22,572 nucleotides of DNA from contig NW_003314325.1 of the NCBI RefSeq assembly GCF_000143415.4, forward strand, positions 1 to 22,572. The letters run 5' to 3'. Shown piece after piece: positions 1 through 10,601 of this stretch (positions within the stretch are counted from its first letter, which is position 1; each line of letters opens with the position of its first letter). The notes under the pieces were generated by a model. The model saw only the letters and a program-made list of their open reading frames with translations. It searched no databases and was not told the DNA's origin. Origin of the DNA: Selaginella moellendorffii. Its lineage: Eukaryota; Plantae; Lycopodiophyta. Both the position numbers and the translations under genes were made by a program.

Positions 1-298
1 AGCAGAGCCTGTTCCGTCGTCGAGCTTGAGAACCGACTTGAAGGCCATCCAGCCAAGCTCCACATCTCTCCACTTGAGGCACGAACTTAAGAATACACCA
101 ACGCGTCCGCCTTGCAAGGCCACGCTCTTTGAGCGCCTCGTTTTGAGCGAGAGAACTTCCCACCGATGCCTCTGTATCCAGCCATCGACCATCTAAAGCC
201 TGCCCGGAATCCTCTCTATCAAGCTCTTGGTTTTTTCTGCGTTTTCTTCTGTGGCATAAGATACAAATGGGACCAACCTTTGTTTCCATCAAGGACAG
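1..298 (-). pseudogene. Heavily deleted third copy of the PLS-E PPR gene
   Basis: 1-182 matches about 3397-3582 (E-domain region). About 187-225 matches about 4980-5018. About 269-298 matches about 5437-5468. Large internal deletions lie between these blocks. Confidence 0.85.
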
Positions 299-366
299 AT
301 TATTAGTAAGAAATGATAAAGCGAGCTCATATTTTTCATACCTCGAGCCTGACCAGTTTGCCGCTG

Positions 367-523
367 CTAAAAAACCTGCAACGTTTCAAGTTCCTTCTCC
401 AGCCATTGGAATGCAGCAAGATCGCTTGACTTATCCCTCGACAAGCACCAGCTCTACGTCAATATCTCTGCAAGAAAATATATAAAAATCACCTGGATGC
501 TAGAAACGAATAGCCAGATACCT
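367..523 (-). repeat. Tandem duplicate of the last intron and last exon of the 5'-3' exonuclease gene (decayed)
   Basis: Minus strand reads GTATCT...TTGCAG, then DIDVEL/WCLSRDKSSDLAAFQWLEKELETLQVF* with a frameshift, paralleling 528-691. The same doublet occurs at about 16750-17070. Confidence 0.8.
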
Positions 524-527
524 CTCT

Positions 528-1031
528 TTAGACACGATGCAGCATTTCAAGTTCTTTCTCCAGCCACTGCAATGCAGCAAGATCGTTTGACTTATCCCTG
601 CACCACTCAACTGGTAGCTCTACGTTAATATCTCTGCAAGAAAAAGGAAATAAGAAAATCACCTGGATGCTAGAAAAGAATAGCCAGTTACCTGCGTAAG
701 GACAAAACTTCCATGTTTTTCTCAAGCAACACGGAATGCTCTTTGAGAGCATCTTGTATGTATGGCTTCCCAACCGCTCGAATTGCCGCTGCACTTAATA
801 TATTTTCTAGCGAGCCGTGCTTCCTCATAAGTTTCAGAGCTGTTTTCCGTCCAAAACCAGGCACACCGGGACCACCATCAGCAGCATCCCCTAGCAAGCA
901 TCCTTGGAAAGAAAAAAACAAGAAGAAATAATCAGCCAAACTCACGAAACTGGATATATACGAAGTCCCAATTCAATCCCAGGCTCGCGTTTGTGTTGTT
1001 CAACGTAATCCTTGACAGTGTGAAACGACCA
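528..1031 (-). pseudogene. OEX2: 3' three exons of an organellar 5'-3' exonuclease/flap endonuclease (H3TH region), 5'-truncated
   Basis: Exons 1031-962, 902-692 and 633-528 are joined by GT-AG introns of 59 and 58 bp. They splice in frame to WSFHTVKDYVEQHKREPGIELGLRCLLGDAADGGPGVPGFGRKTALKLMRKHGSLENILSAAAIRAVGKPYIQDALKEHSVLLEKNMEVLSLRRDINVELPVEWC... The GD..D..PGVPG.G.KTA.KL...GSLE pattern is the H3TH signature, and the sequence resembles Arabidopsis At1g34380 as I recall it. It is cut at 1031 by AT-rich DNA. Confidence 0.8.
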
Positions 1032-1289
1032 AATGGTTGATATTAAATAAGATTAATCTTGTGTCTATAAATTATCAATATCTTTATAATTATAAACGTT
1101 TCTTTGATCAAATGGATTAATATATAAGAATAATATTACTATTAAGAATTAAGTATTATTGCATGCAACGGGCACCAAATTATTTGTTTGCTTAACCAAA
1201 CCTATAAGGGGATAGTGATTATACCTAGAATATGCTTGAATATTCTAGGATATTCTACCATCTAACAGTACTATTAAACAAATTAAGCA
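1030..1289. repeat. AT-rich palindrome-dense repeat, partial copy
   Basis: Matches 11592-11830 fused to about 12031-12050. Contains AAGATTAATCTT (1049-1060), TTTATAATTATAAA (1083-1096), TTTGATCAAA (1103-1112), TTGCATGCAA (1159-1168) and the hairpin CCTAGAATAT-N6-ATATTCTAGG (1224-1249). Confidence 0.85.
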
Positions 1290-1389
1290 NNNNNNNNNNN
1301 NNNNNNNNNNNNNNNNNNNNNNNNNNNNNNNNNNNNNNNNNNNNNNNNNNNNNNNNNNNNNNNNNNNNNNNNNNNNNNNNNNNNNNNNN
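1290..1389. other. Assembly gap (100 N, probably a placeholder size)
   Basis: Exactly 100 N. The two flanks map only about 20 bp apart in copy B (about 12050 and 12073). Confidence 0.97.
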
Positions 1390-1458
1390 AAATTATTTCT
1401 ACTTGTGATAATATTTATTCAAACAGAATCAAAATATAAAACAATTTATGTTATGACT

Positions 1459-1670
1459 CATGTCCAGAGAGGTATATGTCCATGAGAGAGGTCCCCTTGG
1501 TCCACAAAAGCCAGAGCTCAAGCATGCACGGCTTTGCCTTTAGAACTCAAAAACTCCAAGCTTAACAATGTATTGGTCAACAATCTGATCCTGTGCAGTA
1601 AGAATTGTGATGTGATTTGGAGAACCATTCTTATCCACTTGCTTGCCTTTGCCATAACCAAAACTGAGGC
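1459..1670 (-). pseudogene. Old CpG-decayed PPR fragment forming the 3' tail of the protease ORF
   Basis: Aligns to PPR about 4119-4392 (gtccacaaaagc.agagctc.agcatgcacgg; aagcttaac; acaatctg; aaccattct; cataaccaa) with many CpG>TpG/CpA changes. Confidence 0.85.
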
Positions 1671-2543
1671 CCTTTTTTTTTGGTGGCACCAACATAAACT
1701 ATCTGTCTCTGTAACAAATCTATCTTTACTGACTTCAAATACACCATTTGGATATTGAAGTCTATACCAGCAACCCAATTCACTAGATTTAAAAGTAACA
1801 ATATGATTCCTGAAGTCAATTATTGCTGAGTGCTTCTTAAGCCAATTCATCCCCAAAATTATGGTATCTATATTCTCTTTTATACCAATAAAATCTGTAC
1901 TTTCTGAAAAGCTTCCCATTTTATACGTTAAATTCTCAATTCCATAACCATCTTTCATTTGCACATCTGCAGTTAATCTTTTTGTAAAATACTTGTAATC
2001 ACGAATTGCTTTGAGCCCAAGTTTCTTGAGAAGTTGAAGTGATATAGCTGACCAATCAGAACCATTATCAAATTCAATTGTGATGTGATGATCATTGATT
2101 CTCCCACTGTATTCTGCATAATGAAAAGTAGTACATATATGTTGATTTATTCTCTTGTATTTTCTGCACTTATATAATTGGTAGTGATCATCAAGGGCAC
2201 CATCAATCTCCTTGAGGCAATATATAGAATTATTGACCTCAAAAGTTAAACTGTTTATAGTGCCACTGCAGTCTAACTCTAAGCAATGTTGATGTATCCA
2301 AGGTGAACCCAAAATTATATCATGATCAAGAATCAATGGTTTTACAGTCAAACTTGTTTTAAATTCACAATCCTCCACCATAAACTTGAAATCTTTAACT
2401 TGTGAATTACTGTCCACAGTAATATTGAATTCATCTACTAATTTCTGTGAGATAATATCACGGTCACAACCAGAATCCCAAAAAACATTGATTTTCCTCT
2501 CCAACCCATGATCCCCAGATAACCTTCCAAAAGTTTCTGCCAT
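1518..2543 (-). CDS. Tandem two-domain retropepsin-like (Ty3/gypsy RVP-type) aspartic protease, 341 aa, with PPR-derived read-through tail
   Basis: ATG at 2543 (the track start at 2546 is TTG). Lobe 1: VFWDSGCDRDIIS...DHDIILGSPWIHQH (D23). Lobe 2: IEFDNGSDWSAIS...DTIILGMNWLKKHSAIIDFRNHIVTF (D159). Intronless and visibly more AT-rich than neighbouring genes. Expression unknown. Confidence 0.75.
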   Translation of the reverse strand: MAETFGRLSGDHGLERKINVFWDSGCDRDIISQKLVDEFNITVDSNSQVKDFKFMVEDCEFKTSLTVKPLILDHDIILGSPWIHQHCLELDCSGTINSLTFEVNNSIYCLKEIDGALDDHYQLYKCRKYKRINQHICTTFHYAEYSGRINDHHITIEFDNGSDWSAISLQLLKKLGLKAIRDYKYFTKRLTADVQMKDGYGIENLTYKMGSFSESTDFIGIKENIDTIILGMNWLKKHSAIIDFRNHIVTFKSSELGCWYRLQYPNGVFEVSKDRFVTETDSLCWCHQKKRASVLVMAKASKWIRMVLQITSQFLLHRIRLLTNTLLSLEFLSSKGKAVHA

Positions 2544-2544
2544 C

Positions 2545-2593
2545 AAACCCTAAATTCCCTACCCTACAGATCCTAGAGTGTGGGAATTTATAA
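2545..2593 (-). promoter_or_regulatory. Putative TATA box and telo-box upstream of the protease ORF
   Basis: TTATAAAT on the minus strand (2593-2586), and AAACCCTAA at 2545-2553 directly next to the ATG. Confidence 0.4.
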
Positions 2594-2684
2594 GCCGTCA
2601 ACTCTTTCCCTTTTATTTGTTGCGTGTTCAACCCTACAAAGTCAAAAAGTTACTACACCACCAAAACTGAGTTTTTTCACCGTA

Positions 2685-3366
2685 TCCGCAAACCTGGAGA
2701 TCACAGGATCAAAAAGCTTTCTTTCGCTGTCAATGTTTTCACCTCGTTCTTCCATTTTTCTAACTTCCACTGGCTACGTTGATCCAAAGCACACCATCAT
2801 CCACGTTCAAGCGCTCTTCTTCCTGTCGCAAATTCATGGATTGAACAAAGTTTGTACAAGCCAAGTGACGCAAATTTTACAAAAAACCAGACAACATGTC
2901 ATTTTAAGCCTTTTGGACAGCCACTTCAAGAACTCACTCGCAAGAAGGGAAGCTCATTCGACACACGAAAAGTATGCAAGCCAAGCAAGACAGAAGAAAA
3001 ACGAGAGGAAACACGAGCGTTTGTGGCTCTACCAACACGAGTGACATATCCATGGTAAGCTTGCGGAGCTGCTTGTTTAACAAGGCCACTGCTGGTTGGA
3101 AGGTCACAAAGGCATGTTGAGCGAGAAAATGATAAACATCGGGGGCCAATGGGACCAGAAACTTCCATGCTTTGCTGTAGGATTAGGCAACGATTACATA
3201 CCTTTAAACCGCTTCCCCTCTCCTTGCTTTATCCTTGTTCTTCGCTGTTCTTCGCTTGTGTTCTGTTCCTTTCTCTTGAGTCCCCATGCCTTCCTGTTAA
3301 AAGAAGCATTAAATCGTTCCAACAACTGTTTCCTATGATGTTGGAGTTGTAAATCCGACTGACCTC
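2685..3366 (-). repeat. ~680 bp intron/exon-like module of unknown identity, copy 1
   Basis: Recurs at 13432-14075 (diverged) and 14076-14623 (near-identical, partial). The minus strand has short intron-like segments (GTCAGT...TTAACAG, GTATGT...CCAACCAG, GTGAAA...CTCCAG). Confidence 0.75.
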
Positions 3367-5455
3367 GGGCATAGATGTTGGACGTGAGAGAGTACGCAGA
3401 GCCTGTTCCATCGTCGAGCTTGAGAACCGACTTGAAGGCCATCCTGCCAAGCTCCACATTTCTCCACTTGAGGCACGAACTTAAGAATGCCATCCACACC
3501 ACCGCGTCCACCTTGCAAGGCCACGCTCTTTGAGCGCCTCGTTTTGAGAGAAAGAACTTCCCACCGATGCCTCTGTATCCAATCCAGCACTGCAAGCTTG
3601 TACGTGAATCTGCTGCCCGAAGTCCAGTGCTGCAAGGCTCAGCGCAGGCTTTGAGAGCAGCAACGTACGTCCGGTTACAAGCTTTTCTCGTGCAGCAACC
3701 GAGTGTAGAACTCCAGAGCTCGCTCGGGTTCTCCAAACCGACTATATCCCAAGATCAAGGGGCCTTTGATGCTGTGAAGACTTCCGCCGTGCTTTGACAC
3801 TTGGTATACATATCCACCGAAAAGTAGTCATCCAGTTCGCAAATCCTTGCGGCTTGCAAGTGGAGAGCTCTGCCTTTCTCCAGCTATTTCTTCACAAGCT
3901 TGCGGTCTCCATTCTCTGCTAGAGTCGCAACAGCCTTAAATGCAGCAGTAGCAGTGACATGATCTGCCTTAACACCTTCCTCTTGCATGCTTTCGAACGA
4001 TTGTAAGACGAGCTTGTGCTGGCCGCCGCAAGCATACCCCAGGATTATCCCCGTCCAAGTCGCACCACCATATCTTGGAAAACCAGCCAAGCATCCACCA
4101 TGCCTCCACACTTGGCGTACATGTCAACGAGAGCATTATGAACCGAGAGGTCTTCTCCGTCCACAAAAGCGAGAGCTCGAGCATGCACGGCCTTGCCTCT
4201 CTGCAAAGCCCGAAGCTTAACGACGCCTCCGTCGACAATCTGGCCCTGTTCCTTCTCAGCCAAGGTGACACAGGCCTTTAGTGCAGCAAGAACTGTGACA
4301 CGATCTGGAGCGCAACCATTCTCGTCCATGCTAAAGAATATCTCAAGAGCTTGCTCGCCTTTGCTGTTCTGAGCATAACCAAGAGTGAGGCAGTTCCAAG
4401 AAACCACGTCTGGACGTTCAATACTGTCAAAGAAACTGCGAGACTCCACCATGCTCCCACAGTTGGCATAGAACTCCACAAGTGTGTTGGTCACTAAGAT
4501 GTTTGAATAGTGCTTACCAGCTTCCAAGCGAACGGCCCTTCCTTTTTCGAAGCTCTGAATCTTCAAGACTTCCGTTTCTTCTTCACCATGAACAACTGAT
4601 CGATCCATCGATGGGGGAACAAACATGCCACGAATGCGTGCCGGGGCATGGGCAAGTTCCTCGTCCGCAAGACGGCAACAAGCTTTCAGCGCTGCGATGA
4701 AAGTTAAAGCATCCGGTGGAGTGTCTCCACGACGCATTCGAGCATAGATATCGAGAGCTTCACCACCCTCGCCGCTGCTGGCATACCCGAGAATCATGCA
4801 GTTCCATGTCACCACACTACGATGGCTCATTCCTTCGAAAACTCGACGAGCCTCTGTCAAGCTCCCACATTTTGCGTAAAGATCAATCAAGGTGCTCGCG
4901 ACGAAGAGATCCGAGTCTAAGCCAAGTTTTACTGCTTTCCTGTGAATCTCCCTGCTCCTCTCTAAGAATACCACCCGTTGACCATCCAAAGCCTGCCCGG
5001 AATCCTTCTCTATCAAGCTGGAACAAGCCTTGAGAGCACCAGGAACTGATACTCGATCCGGTTTGTACCCTTCGTCTCCCAGAGGAGCAAACAACTGTAG
5101 AGCCATTTCACCATTTCCACTCTGTGCATATCATATCCCTGTACGCTCGAATTCCAGGAGACAACATCGCGATGCGGCATGCTGTCAAATGTTCCACGAG
5201 CATCTATCATGCTTCCGCATTTCGCGTACAGATCAAGCAGGATGTTGGCGACGATAATGTTTGAGAAGTCACCTGTCTCGGAAACATCCCTGTTCATTCT
5301 CCTGCCTAGTTGTAGATCTCTCATGCTTCTACATACCTTGAGAGCACCAACAACAATGCCAATGGCTGGTTTCAATCCCTGACGTTGCATTCGTCTGTAC
5401 ACTTCATTTGAGAGACCCTGAGGTTTCTGCAGAAGTGGACCAACCTTCGCTCCAT
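3367..5455 (-). pseudogene. PLS-class pentatricopeptide repeat (PPR) gene with E domain, frameshifted, copy A
   Basis: Repeated LIDLYAKCGSL.EAR.VF..M..R.VV.WN..I.GYA..G motifs and an E domain VVWMAFLSSC..WRNVELGR.AF..VL.LD....SAY.L.SNIYA. Lesions: 5-bp duplication at 5128-5137, frameshift near 4070, in-frame stop at 3884, further deletions at about 3600-3830. Confidence 0.92.
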
Positions 5456-5548
5456 CAGGACAGACTATGGATTCTACGAAGGCCGTAGTAAGAAACGATA
5501 AAGCGAGCTCAAAATTTTCATACCTTGAGCCTGATCAGTTCACCGCTG

Positions 5549-5757
5549 CTAAAAAACCTGCAACGTTTCAAGTTCCTTCAATGCAGCAAGATCGCTTGAC
5601 TTATCCCTCGACAAGCACCAGCTCTACGTCAATATCTCTGCAAGAAAAAGGAAATAAGAAAATCACCTGGATGCTAGAAAAGAATAGCCAGTTACCTGCG
5701 TAAGGACAAAACTTCCAAGTTTTTCTCAAGCAACACGGAATGCTCTTTGAGAGCATC
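5549..5757 (-). pseudogene. OEX2: Collapsed remnant of the 5'-3' exonuclease gene 3' end
   Basis: Encodes DALKEHSVLLEKNLEVLSLR, then the intron, then a chimeric last exon. Relative to copy B it lacks one ~170 bp repeat unit and about 340 bp (about 17131-17472). Confidence 0.8.
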
Positions 5758-6064
5758 TGGACAATTGTACCCTAAATATTTTTAAAAATTTCTGTCGATG
5801 CTACATTCTTCCCTCCCAGAATCGAAATCCAGCCACTGGTGCGGCAGAAATCCGAGCGCAAGCTCCATCCGCGGCGGCGTTGGCTTGGAAATCGCTCGAT
5901 CGAGAGAGAACTCTCGCGGCTAAGCGCCCGGACCAGGCAGTGGGAGAATGGAGGATGAAAGTCAGCCGCCTTGGATCAAATTCACAAAATGACAACAGAT
6001 TGCCGCTCGATACATGGCCTCGCGCCCTTTCTTTCGACGATCTCACAGCACCACGAGCTCGGCC

Positions 6065-6393
6065 TCATCCTGCTCCTGCTCCCCTCGCTGCATCACGATT
6101 CTTGGACGTCTTCTTCTCTGAAACAGCAAGATTTCAGCTCGCGAGCCAGAGATCGAGAGAGAAAGAGAGAATCTTTGCCAAGATTTCGAGTGTGAGGGAG
6201 AGATTGAGAGTGAGGGAGAGATATTTCGGGAGAGATTGCACGAAATTTCACCTTGCGCAGCTTGAGCCTTGGCCCTTTCCTTGTCCTGGCGCTGCCGTTG
6301 GGATTCACTGATCCCGCGACGTTCCTTCCTCGGCATTCTCCTCTTCCCCTTCTTCTCGTTGTCGGCTGCCCTCGTCGAGCTTTTGCCCGCCAT
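6065..6393 (-). CDS. Putative two-exon small basic hydrophilic protein, 64 aa (copy A)
   Basis: Exon 6393-6252, CT-rich GT-AG intron 6251-6118, exon 6117-6065. Product MAGKSSTRAADNEKKGKRRMPRKERRGISESQRQRQDKERAKAQAAQEKKTSKNRDAARGAGAG*. ATG context gcgATGGCG. Indels versus copy B preserve frame and stop. Confidence 0.55.
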
Positions 6394-6477
6394 CGCACTT
6401 CCTCCACACAAAAAACCCTCGCAACGAAGCAATGAAGAAGAAACGAATATTCATGTTTTTAAATTTATTCCCGCCCT

Positions 6478-6635
6478 CGCATACAAGATCCTAGCCGACC
6501 ACGTGGCGAGGCGAGCGATTCAAATGAATTACCATGCCAGCCGAGCATTACCATGGCGTTCTTTGTTTTTAATTTGACGGCGTAAGCTCTGGTGACTGCC
6601 CCGCATACACGATCGTCGCCGACCACGTGGCGAGG
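6478..6635. promoter_or_regulatory. Divergent promoter with a 34-bp direct repeat carrying DRE core GCCGAC and G-box/ABRE CACGTGGC
   Basis: cgcataca.gatc.t.GCCGACCACGTGGCgagg occurs at 6478-6511 and 6602-6635, between head-to-head ATGs at 6393(-) and 6764(+). Confidence 0.6.
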
Positions 6636-6763
6636 CCATGGTGGCCGTGGCAGCAGACCATTTCCAGGTTTAACGACTAACTGCTATAACATTGTCACGC
6701 GAACAGAGTGGCGGCAGCTCCGGCGGCGCAATGCTCTCGGGGTAGCGCGAGCATGATCCAGCC

Positions 6764-8014
6764 ATGGAAGCTCTCAATGGCGTCAAGAAGAGGCATTTCA
6801 GGGTAGAGGGTTTCCAGTGGCCCTTCTCGCGCGTGGCTATGGAGTGGAGGCCTGGCGCCGGCACCGCCAAGCGCAAGAAGATCTCCAGCGACATCAATGT
6901 CGCCACTCCTCCTCCTCCTCCTTTACTTCCTCACCCTTCCTCACTCCTCTCCCTCCGGCAGCTCAATCACTCACCACCACCGCACGATCCAAACTTTCTC
7001 CGCGCGCTCCAGGCCAATGCTCTTCGGACAATGTCGGTGAATGGGAAGGGCTTCCTATCGAATCCTTGGTCGAACAGGGCAGCTTGGTCCAGGGTCGGGT
7101 CGAAGAAGGATCACGGTGGGGATTTGATGAACAAGAAGAGGCAGCTGGAGCTGTGGGACTTGGCGGGGTTCTCTCGTGAGAAGTTAAAGCTTCTCAAAGA
7201 GATTGAGGCGCTCATCGACTCGGAGGAGAATGCTTTGAACATGGAAGCTTCTGCTAAGGTTGGTCGAAGGCTCCTTCTTTCTTGAGTTTAGACCATCGTT
7301 TTATTTCTTCTTTCTTCTTTATAGGCCGCGGAAGGACGTCTTCGAAGCTTGCTGGATATCTGCGTATGCTCTCAATGCCAGGAGAATATAGAGAACAGGA
7401 TAGCTCTACAAAGCGTGAGAACCAAAGGTTTGGACGATGGCAAGGTTATTTCAGCAAGAACGAATGTAGCGACTGCAAAGCAAGAGGATCAGACAGCACC
7501 AGCGCTGGAAGGTCCCAAAACCACGAAGGTGACACTTAGATATAGTTTTCTAGGTCGGAAGTATTGATTCGGTTGCGTGTTCTCAGCTTCCAGAAACGAT
7601 GAAGAGAGATTTCACGAAGCAGGAGTCTCTCGAAAAGGAAAAAGAGAAGGAGAGGCGCTTCTTTCTTGGAAATGTGAAAGAAGCCATGGAGCGTGACCGG
7701 GTTGCGCTTGACAACTTTCTGCAGAAGCAGAGGCTCAAGCATGAAGTGTCTAAGCAGAAACTTGGCGAGGTGAAGGGGAGCTTTCTTGGGAAGTATCTGA
7801 GCTTTCTTGACAACTCACTGGACGATGCTCTCCAAAAGGACGATTTAAGCGACAAGCACGACCAGGTTTTCAAGTCTTTTACGTGTTGCTTTATTTGATC
7901 TCGAGGTCTCACTTTAGATTTCCTGTGTTAGGATTCAGAAGGTTTGGAGGATCCTTCCAAACTTCGCAAGGATCAAACTCCTGAGCTGGAACGATCTTCT
8001 GAAAAGTCAGATGA
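6764..8014 (+). pseudogene. 3'-truncated copy of the coiled-coil gene (exons 1-3 and start of exon 4)
   Basis: Near-identical to 18469-19701. Homology stops abruptly at 8014 inside exon 4. Confidence 0.88.
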
Positions 8015-8813
8015 AGTAACCGCGCGAACTTAACTTAGCTTTGCTGGCGCCGCCTTGTCTAGACACTAGAAAACGGAGGACATGCCTCGTAGTGAACTGA
8101 AGCCAATCCGGCAGCCAGATTGCGAGAAGGCTGGTAGACCGCTTAAACCGAATCGCCACGAGGAGTTTGCGGGAACCAAGGCTTAAGCACTTCCATAGGA
8201 GTTCTTGACAGAGAGATCAGGTGTCATGCTGCCAGGCTGCTAGGATTGTCTTCCAGACAACCTCTACACCCAAGACGTTTGATCGGCTTGGATCGAACGT
8301 AACAAGAAGAATACTCCAGGATTTTATGTGATCCAACACCTCCAGATGGTCAATGTGATCTTTCTTTCAGTAAGATATTTTTCTTCACTGGCTAGACTAG
8401 GCTCTCGCAACAATGGGGCGATCCGATGCTCGAAGAGGCTGACCGACGCAAATCCGCCGCCCCTATCTTCCATCGGATTAAGCTCTCTGTGCGACCGACG
8501 ATGAGAATGGGAGCTCGAGAATGAGTCCAGTGTCAAGGTACGAGCTTGACCCCAGGGCAAGCTTTTCTACAATCGCGTTGGAACCTTCGTTCGAGAAAAA
8601 TCTCGAGGTATGGAGACAGCAATTCCACCGCTAACTAAGGTTCGCGCCTAGATCAAACTATTCATAGCAAGCTCTTGTATGATTCCAGATCAAGTCCAAT
8701 CTCGCCGAGAAACATTGACGAACTGCCGAGTTTTCTGTATCTCCGGAAGTTTACGAGGCAAACATTTTTGTTTTAAATTTCAAATGAACGAATATACTTC
8801 GACTTGGGCGGGA

Positions 8814-9569
8814 CATTTCCAGGTTTAACAACTAACTGCGAGTGGCAGCAGCTCCGGCAGCCTCGGTGGTAGCGCGAGCATGACCCAGCCATGGAAGCTC
8901 TCAATGGCGTCAAGAAGAGGCATTCCAGGGCAGAGGCTTTCCAGTGGCCCTTCTCGCACGGCCTGGCGCCGGCACGACCAAGTGCAAGAAGATCTCCAGG
9001 GACATCAATGTCGCCACTCCTTTTCCTAGGCTAATGCTCTTCGGACAATGTCGGTGAATGGGAAGGGCTTCCGATAGAATCCTTGGTCAAACAGGGCAGC
9101 TTGGTCCATGGTCCAGAGCACTCGGCTCGAAGAAGGATCATGGTGGGGATTTGATGAACAAGAAGAGGCAGCTGAAGCTGTGGGACTTCGGGGGGTTCTC
9201 TAGTGAGAAGTTAAAGCTTCTCAATGAGATTGAGGCGCTTATCGACTCCAAGGAGAATGCTTTGAACATGGAAGCTTCTGCTAAGGTTGGTCGAAGGCTC
9301 CTTCTTTCTTGAGTTTAAACCATCGTTTTATTATTTCTTTCTTCTTTCTAGGCCGTGGAAGGACGTCTTCAAAGCTTGCTGGATATCTGCGTATGCTCTC
9401 AATCCTAGGAGAATATACAGAACAGGATAGCTCTACCGAAAAGTAAAGAGAGAAGGAGAGGCCCTTCGTTCTGGGAAGTGTGAAAGAAGCTATGGAGCGT
9501 GACCGGGTTGCACTTGACAACTTTCTGCAGAAGCAGAGGCTCAAGCATGAAGCGTCTAAGCAGAAACTT
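8814..9569 (+). pseudogene. Degenerate third copy of the coiled-coil gene 5' end
   Basis: ATGGAAGCTCTCAATGG at 8891 and LGSKKDHGGDLMNKKRQL...NMEASAK. Multiple internal deletions and frameshifts; ends at cagaaactt in exon 3. Confidence 0.9.
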
Positions 9570-9930
9570 AAACCCGAGAGGCTATTCGCAACGTATACGA
9601 ATCGTGGCCAATAGGCGAGCAAGCTGGTGGACTCGAGGAGCTTTGAGCGACGTTGGAACACAATCGAGGCATATCCCGGAATGATCATCATGGAGGCGCT
9701 TGAAATTTTTTGGAGCTCATGCCCGAGTGTAACGGACTAATTTTTCCGGTTTCTTAAGGTAAATTAGGGTACGTTCTTTGAATGCTGCGTGCTGCAGCAC
9801 AACCAACAATTGGAAAAGTTGAGAAAGTTCTTTTTGCTATTCTCCTTGTATGGTGGAACCATGTGTAAGTTGTTGACTAGCAAAAGCCCCTCAAGGATCT
9901 AATCCATAAAATTTGTAAATTTAGGGTTTG

Positions 9931-10601
9931 ATGGCAAAGGATGAGTTTAATATTACTATTAACAGTAACTCAAAGTTTATGAGTGAAGTTATGAGGACTT
10001 TGACTGTATTACCAATGATTCTTGATTATGATATAATTTTAGGTTCACCTTGGATACATAAACATTGCTTAGAGTTAGACTGCAATAGCATAATAAATAC
10101 TCTAACATTTGAGGACTACATATTGCCTCATGGGTGATTACAACTTATCTAAGACCAGAAAAATACAAGAGAATAAATCAACATATACATACTGTGGGAA
10201 ATCAATGATCAGAAAATCAGAATTGAAATAGATAATGGTTGTGCAAGTTCTGGAATACTTATCAGGAAACTCGGGGTTAAAGTAGTTCACGATTCCAAGT
10301 ATTTTGCAGAAAGGCTAACTCCATAAGTTCAAATGAAAGTTATGGAATTGGTATGTTATAACTAAACTTTTTAGAAAGAAGAAATTTTATTGGTCTAGAA
10401 GATTATAGAGAAACCATATTTCTTGGGATTGACTGGCTTCATAATCACTCAGCAATAATTAACTACAGGAATCATATTGCTACTTTTATATCCAAAGAGT
10501 TGGATTGTTGGTATAGATTTCAATACCCATCTGGTATATATGAAGCAAGTAAAGATAGATTTGGCAAAGAGATGAGTAGTTTGTGTTGGTGCTCATTTTG
10601 A
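9931..10601 (+). pseudogene. Diverged, inverted, decayed paralog of the tandem retropepsin-like ORF
   Basis: Shares the start context aatttagggtttgATGGCA. Encodes DYDIILGSPWIHKHCLELDC, INDQKIRIEIDNGC, TIFLGIDWLHNHSAIINYRNHIATF and ELDCWYRFQYPSGIYEASKDRF...LCWCSF*. The lobe-1 DSG segment is deleted, and there are frameshifts and an internal TAA. Confidence 0.88.

Larger units (their letters stand above)
1030..8014. repeat. Segmental duplication, copy A
   Basis: Near-identical and colinear with 11592-19701 (e.g. ORF pairs 1518/12201, 3194/14451, 6764/18469). The offset is 10.6-11.7 kb and shifts at indels. Confidence 0.97.

Noticed and set aside
2580-3352. Plus-strand ORFs 2580-3044, 3096-3338 and 3149-3352
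   Set aside because: No recognisable motifs, lengths not conserved in the diverged module copy, and splice signals point to the minus strand.
3194-3736. 180-aa ORF (and its twin 14451-14993) as an independent gene
   Set aside because: It is a frame passing through deleted PPR pieces, the E domain and the adjacent module, with a non-ATG start.
6906-6922. (CCT)n microsatellite
   Set aside because: It simply encodes the poly-Pro tract of exon 1 and is identical in both copies.
9921-9929. Interstitial telomere remnant
   Set aside because: Only about 1.3 units of TTTAGGG; treated as a telo-box at most.
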